From NCBI GenBank assembly GCA_963823335.1, contig CAWGLD010000007.1:256001-320000 (forward strand): a stretch of 64,000 nucleotides of DNA. The letters run 5' to 3'. How positions within the stretch are numbered: position 1 is the stretch's first letter; each line of letters starts with the position of its first letter. The notes under the pieces were generated by a model, which saw only the letters and a program-made list of their open reading frames with translations, was not told the DNA's origin and made no database searches. Source of the stretch: an uncultured delta proteobacterium (GTDB taxonomy: Bacteria > Desulfobacterota > Desulfobacteria > Desulfobacterales > B30-G6). Made by a program: the position numbers and the translations under genes. Shown here piece after piece: positions 59,472 to 64,000 of this stretch.

Positions 59472-59719
59472 ACTCAACTTTCGGTTTTCACCATCGATAG
59501 AGCGAAATGGGTGATCCAATGGCGATTTGCGCTGTTTGAGGCGTTTAGGGACCCTTACATCAGCGTATGGCAATGAAAATCCAATATGAAAACCAGGTCA
59601 GTTGAAAGCCATGCCTGTTTAACCATATGGCCGGCGCTGGTGTTAGGAGCCCTTACGGCGAGTTCGCAAAGCGCCAGGGGATGATTCATTTCGTGTTCGC
59701 TGAACCCCGAAAGTTGAGT
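59472..59719. mobile_element. MITE-like non-autonomous element (248 bp) with TIRs and a 4-bp target duplication
   Basis: actcaactttcggttttca / tgaaccccgaaagttgagt (13 bp perfect, 17/19 overall); TAAG on both flanks (59468-71, 59720-23). Confidence 0.8.
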
Positions 59720-59776
59720 TAAGACTTATTGCTTAGGGCTGACCGCTCAAAGACAAACAGACAAAGGGAGTCATGT

Positions 59777-60541
59777 ATGCTATTCGTCATCGATGTAGGC
59801 AATACCAATATCGTCATGGGTGTATACAGCGGGAAAACACTCTTGAAAAGCTGGCGGGTTCGCACCGAGAGAAACACCACGGAAGATGAATTCAATATTC
59901 TCGTGACAAACCTGTTCTCGGCCAGCGGGTTCATGCTGGATGAAATTGAAAAAACCCTTGTTTCATGTGTTGTACCGCCCATGGTCACGATTCTCGATTC
60001 GTTCTGCCGCAAATACCTGGGCCACTCACCCCGCTGGGTCAATGCAAAATCTTACGCACAAATGCCCATAAGGATCTCCAACCCATCTGAACTGGGGGCC
60101 GATCGAATCGTAAATGCTGTGGCTGCCTACCATAAATACCAAACAAGTCTGATCGTCATCGACTTCGGTACAGCCACCACGTTTGATGCTGTCTCTCAAA
60201 AGGGTGAGTATCTTGGTGGTGCCATCAGTCCCGGAATTATCATTTCGTCGGAGGCCCTCTTTCTAAAAGCCTCAAAGCTTCCAAGAATCGAAATCTTTGA
60301 GCCTCCTGAACGTGTTGTGGGCAAGGATACCGGTCAGAGTTTGAAAGCCGGCATTATCTTCGGGTATGCCGGGCTGGTGGACGGTATTGTCAAACGTATG
60401 AGGACCGAGATGGGAACTGACCCAAAAATTATAGCGACGGGAGGCCTGGCATCACTCATCAGCCATGTCTCTGAAACCATAGAGTTTCTGGAGCCTGACC
60501 TGACACTGGAAGGGTTGCGGATTATCAGCAATTCCCAATAA
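59777..60541 (+). CDS. coaX: Type III pantothenate kinase
   Basis: IDVGNTN, SCVVP, LGADR, IDFGTATT, GGAISPG, ATGG, LTLEGL. Confidence 0.96.
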   Translation: MLFVIDVGNTNIVMGVYSGKTLLKSWRVRTERNTTEDEFNILVTNLFSASGFMLDEIEKTLVSCVVPPMVTILDSFCRKYLGHSPRWVNAKSYAQMPIRISNPSELGADRIVNAVAAYHKYQTSLIVIDFGTATTFDAVSQKGEYLGGAISPGIIISSEALFLKASKLPRIEIFEPPERVVGKDTGQSLKAGIIFGYAGLVDGIVKRMRTEMGTDPKIIATGGLASLISHVSETIEFLEPDLTLEGLRIISNSQ

Positions 60542-60556
60542 AATTGCCGGGCGGTT

Positions 60557-60715
60557 TTATTGAATGTCCAGGGATTTTTCCAATTCCTGGATTCTGGCGC
60601 GAATAGCCGGTTTCTCTTCCTCTGAAACGCCCGGATCTTCAAGACGTCTTCGAAGACCCAAGAGCATCATCTCTTCCCGGTAATCGGCACATGTATAGGC
60701 TGAGTTTTGTGTCAT
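60557..60715 (-). CDS. Small hypothetical protein (52 aa), below the ORF-track cutoff
   Basis: MTQNSAYTCADYREEMMLLGLRRRLEDPGVSEEEKPAIRARIQELEKSLDIQ*; starts 5 bp after the upstream gene's stop and fills the gap. Confidence 0.7.
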   Translation of the reverse strand: MTQNSAYTCADYREEMMLLGLRRRLEDPGVSEEEKPAIRARIQELEKSLDIQ

Positions 60716-60720
60716 CCAGA

Positions 60721-61371
60721 TTATATCAGTGATTCCTTGTAGATACGATAAAACATTTCATAATCCGAAATATTTCTCGATAAAATCTTCTCAATATCTT
60801 CCATGTTTTTTTTGTTGATGATGAGATTGACGCTCTTACAGAAGGCCATCATATGGTCCATGGTACGAAAACGGTCGCTGATCATCGTAACGAACATGTT
60901 CCGCCGCACATCCATGTGAAGCCGTTCCACATAAATCAAAACACCGTTTCTTTCGGGGTCTTTGGTACCAAAATATTCATCCACCACAACCAGATCGTAT
61001 ACCTTGTAGCGAAGATTTCTCAAAGCATCCCGGTTGCCCGTGGCCACACTGACATGATATTCCAGAAGCTCGAGTGCCCGCACAATACCATCACGGACAA
61101 CCGTATCCGATTCACAGACCAGGGCGATTTTTCCCTCTTCCTCTATAAAATCAAACGGTTTTTCGGTGTTTTCATAGTCGTCTTCTTCAAAGTCGAATTC
61201 CGCTGCCGCGCTGCCTGCTTCATCGTCCGTTGCTGTGTTCTTGATCTCCGGAGCCTTGATGAAGATTGTTTTCTTACATTTCGGACATGGAAGCGTAGCG
61301 GTCTTTCCATTGGGTATGGATTCATCAGGAATCTTGAACTTGCTCTGGCAACTTTCACAGATTATGTCCAT
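60721..61371 (-). CDS. Zinc-ribbon (MJ0042-type) protein with a degenerate receiver-like domain
   Basis: CESC...CPKC N-terminus; ALVCESD...YDLVVVDE C-terminal fold. Confidence 0.8.
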   Translation of the reverse strand: MDIICESCQSKFKIPDESIPNGKTATLPCPKCKKTIFIKAPEIKNTATDDEAGSAAAEFDFEEDDYENTEKPFDFIEEEGKIALVCESDTVVRDGIVRALELLEYHVSVATGNRDALRNLRYKVYDLVVVDEYFGTKDPERNGVLIYVERLHMDVRRNMFVTMISDRFRTMDHMMAFCKSVNLIINKKNMEDIEKILSRNISDYEMFYRIYKESLI

Positions 61372-61386
61372 AAGGCACCGTCTCCA

Positions 61387-62553
61387 TCACATGTTTTTTT
61401 CATATTCTCTGTCCATTTGCAGAGAGTCAATATCCGTCGTCGTTTCCCCTCTGGCCGCCTTGACAGTATCGATCCCTCTACCGGTAACACCCTTGCGTGA
61501 CGAATATGCCAGGGCATTTTTCTGCGTAATGAGTCCCTGTTCGTAAAGAGCCACCAAAAAGTCATCAAAGGTCGTCATGCCAAATGGCTTTCCAGCCTGC
61601 ATGATCTCATAGAATGTTTTCCCTTCGGATTCACCCTGCAAAATACTATCCTTCACCCTCAGATTCGAACCCAGCACTTCAAATGCCGCCACCCTGCCCC
61701 CACCTACCTTGGGTACCAGTCGTTGGGCTACAATCCATCGAACCGTATCTGATAGTCGTATACGAATCTGATTCTCTTCTTCGATACTGAACATACCCAG
61801 TATGCGGTTAATGGTTTGACCCGCATCGACGGTATGGAGTGTGGTCAACACCAGGTGGCCTGTTTCAGCAGCACTCAGGCCGATTTCCACGGTTTCGCGA
61901 TCCCGCATTTCGCCCACCAGAATGACTTTGGGAGCCTGCCGCAAGGCAGCCCTCAGACCGCTGGCAAACGAATCGAAATCGGTTCCCAGTTCTCGTTGGT
62001 TGAATGTGGATCCTTTGTGTGGGTGCTGGTATTCTATCGGGTCTTCGAGGGTAACGATGTGCACGGATTTTTGTTCATTGATGACCTCGAGAATAGCGGC
62101 CAACGATGTCGACTTTCCAGAGCCGGTGGCACCGGTGACAAATACGATGCCGTTCAACTCCTCGGCTATTTTATAGAAGACTTCCGGAAGTCCCATTTCT
62201 TTGATGGTGGGAACCTTTGATTCCAACTGTCGCAGCACCACCGAATAATTGCCCTGCTGTGAAAAGACATTGACCCTGAAACGTGCCTTTCCCGGCAGGC
62301 TGTAGGACATGTCACAGGAGCCATGAGATATCAGGGTCTCGGTCAGACGACGGTCCCTGTTCAACAGATTCAAGGCGAATATTTCACTCTGAAACGGCGT
62401 CAATTCCTTAATTGGCGGAGCCATGTCCACTGGAACCAACTGACCGGCACTTTCAACTTGCAGGGATTTTCCGACGGTTAGATTCAAATCCGACACATTG
62501 GTATGAGAGTCTAACATTCTCGTAAGAATATGATCGACTTCCTGTTTCCTCAT
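61387..62553 (-). CDS. PilT/PilU-family type IV pilus ATPase (paralog lacking the AIRNLIRE motif)
   Basis: GATGSGKST, TLEDPIE, ALRQAP.VILVGEMRD, TGHLV..TLH. Confidence 0.93.
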   Translation of the reverse strand: MRKQEVDHILTRMLDSHTNVSDLNLTVGKSLQVESAGQLVPVDMAPPIKELTPFQSEIFALNLLNRDRRLTETLISHGSCDMSYSLPGKARFRVNVFSQQGNYSVVLRQLESKVPTIKEMGLPEVFYKIAEELNGIVFVTGATGSGKSTSLAAILEVINEQKSVHIVTLEDPIEYQHPHKGSTFNQRELGTDFDSFASGLRAALRQAPKVILVGEMRDRETVEIGLSAAETGHLVLTTLHTVDAGQTINRILGMFSIEEENQIRIRLSDTVRWIVAQRLVPKVGGGRVAAFEVLGSNLRVKDSILQGESEGKTFYEIMQAGKPFGMTTFDDFLVALYEQGLITQKNALAYSSRKGVTGRGIDTVKAARGETTTDIDSLQMDREYEKNM

Positions 62554-62604
62554 CTGATGACCTCCCTCACATGATCGTATCTCAATACCTGAGATGACGT
62601 CATG

Positions 62605-63687
62605 TTATGCCTCTGTAAAATCCGAAGGCGGCTCGCGCAGCAATGGACGAAATTTGGCCTTGTCGTTTGCCTTTTGGTAGGCATCGTCTCCAGAAATCCA
62701 GCCCTTGTTGTAAAGATCCATAATGGCTTCATCGAGCAACTGCATGCCGTATTTTTTCCCGGTCTGTATCATCGAATTGAGCTGATGGGTCTTGGATTCT
62801 CTAATCAGGTTTCGCACGGCCGGTGTAGCGATAAGGATCTCGAGTGCGGGAATCCTGCCCTTTTTGTCCGACCGTTTGAAAAGTACCTGGGCAACGATGG
62901 CACGTACACCGTCTGCCAGGGTCGATCGAATCTGGGCCTGCTCATTGGAAGGAAACACCTCGACAATTCGATCTACCGTCTTGGCCGCGCTGGTGGTATG
63001 CAGGGTTCCAAAAACAAGATGGCCGGTGGACGCTGCTTCTATCGCCAATGAAATGGTTTCCAGATCCCGCATTTCGCCCACCAGGATGATATCGGGGTCT
63101 TCCCGGAGCGCTCCCCGAAGGGCTGCGCTGAAAGACTTGGTGTGAATACCTACCTCCCGGTGGTTCACGAGACAGGACTGGCTGTTGTGAACAAATTCAA
63201 TGGGATCCTCAACTGTAATGATATGATCATGCCGTGTCTTGTTGGCCTCGTCGATGATGGCCGCCAGGGTGGTTGACTTACCGCTGCCCGTAGGCCCGGT
63301 GATAACCACAAGACCCCTGGGGAGACTTGATAGTTTTTTAATGACCGGTGGCAGACCCAGGTCCTCGGCCGTCATGATCGTGCTCGGGATCTCCCTAAAA
63401 ACAGCCCCGACACCATTTTTCTGCATAAAGAAATTGGAGCGGTATCGTGCCAGCCCCGGAATCTCGTATCCGAAATCGACATCGCCCGTCTCTTCGAACA
63501 CCTTGACCTTGTCCTCGGGGGTAATCTCATACAGCATCCCTCGAAGGTCGTCGTTGCTCAATACCTTGTATTTGACCCTCTCGATATCGCCCCGGACTCT
63601 TAGGGCCGGCGGCTGACCCGCCACAAGATGTAGATCTGATGCCCCTTGCTCATGCATCAATTTGAAAAAAGCGTCGATCTTAGCCAT
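62605..63687 (-). CDS. pilT: Type IV pilus retraction ATPase
   Basis: ASDLHL, GPTGSGKSTT, ALREDPDIILVGEMRD, AVRNLIRE; GAGGAG RBS. Confidence 0.95.
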   Translation of the reverse strand: MAKIDAFFKLMHEQGASDLHLVAGQPPALRVRGDIERVKYKVLSNDDLRGMLYEITPEDKVKVFEETGDVDFGYEIPGLARYRSNFFMQKNGVGAVFREIPSTIMTAEDLGLPPVIKKLSSLPRGLVVITGPTGSGKSTTLAAIIDEANKTRHDHIITVEDPIEFVHNSQSCLVNHREVGIHTKSFSAALRGALREDPDIILVGEMRDLETISLAIEAASTGHLVFGTLHTTSAAKTVDRIVEVFPSNEQAQIRSTLADGVRAIVAQVLFKRSDKKGRIPALEILIATPAVRNLIRESKTHQLNSMIQTGKKYGMQLLDEAIMDLYNKGWISGDDAYQKANDKAKFRPLLREPPSDFTEA

Positions 63688-63722
63688 GGCCACTCCTCAT
63701 AGTTATGTTTCACCGTTGGTGT

Positions 63723-63865
63723 TGAACCGCAACAGCGAGCGCAAACTCCGCAGATTGCCTCAGGGTTAGCGAGCAAATCTGGATTAGACAGAGTTTCTTA
63801 CGGTCGCTGCGAAGCACTGCCACACGGCAGAACTTTCCTTGCAGCTTGCTGCAAGGTTCTTCGAT
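63723..63865. repeat. Interspersed palindromic element, copy 3 (long form)
   Basis: gaaccgcaacagcgagcgca ... gcagcttgctgcaaggttcttcgat. Confidence 0.75.
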
Positions 63866-63922
63866 CTTATACTGACAGGTTGTTCATGGTCAAACCCAAG
63901 ACCGGAAAGCATCCTAAATGGT

Positions 63923-64000
63923 TTACACCAGCGACATCGCCACCCTGCTCAGACTGCTGACCAGGAACGTTCGAAGAAATATCACAGCCATAAAAACCAA
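63923..64000 (-). CDS. 3' end of a membrane protein, possibly YggT family; truncated by the right edge
   Basis: ...LVFMAVIFLRTFLVSSLSRVAMSLV*; hydrophobic helix resembling YggT C-termini, next to pilT. Confidence 0.45.
   Translation of the reverse strand: MVFMAVIFLRTFLVSSLSRVAMSLV

Overview
Core-chromosome segment of a sulfate-reducer-like bacterium. Gene content and order point to Desulfobacterota, probably Desulfobacterales (inference). Left to right: M23 peptidase, FmdB zinc-ribbon protein, sirtuin plus PilZ, MMPL transporter, serC, hisD, an orphan SfrB-like flavoprotein, a split purH pair, an HD hydrolase, the dcw cluster (mraZ to ftsZ, no ddl), a radical SAM protein, a pentaheme cytochrome with rnfCDGEA (no rnfB), a flavodoxin-fold protein, porin and lipoprotein, rluD, carD, hppA, pth-rplY-prs-tRNA-Gln-ispE, serA, a METTL21-like methyltransferase, dnaK-grpE, a large Alu-type SRP RNA, tilS-ftsH-folP, coaX and a tandem pilT pair. 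The genes are mostly ordinary, but many intergenic gaps hold small structured repeats. The most striking are three arrays of 18-nt units (13.7, 26.2 and 48.8 kb). Each unit is a near-constant AAATGAC linker plus a 4-bp stem that varies with compensatory changes, closing a GNA triloop. All three arrays share a leader motif and lie in the sense orientation of the surrounding genes. There are also inverted 7-8-mer microrepeat elements (one still carrying an internally deleted four-helix-bundle/Avd-like gene), MITE-like elements, a GTAG REP doublet, G-quadruplex-capable octamer tracts and a perfect FNR-type box. No transposase, cas gene or reverse transcriptase is visible in this window.
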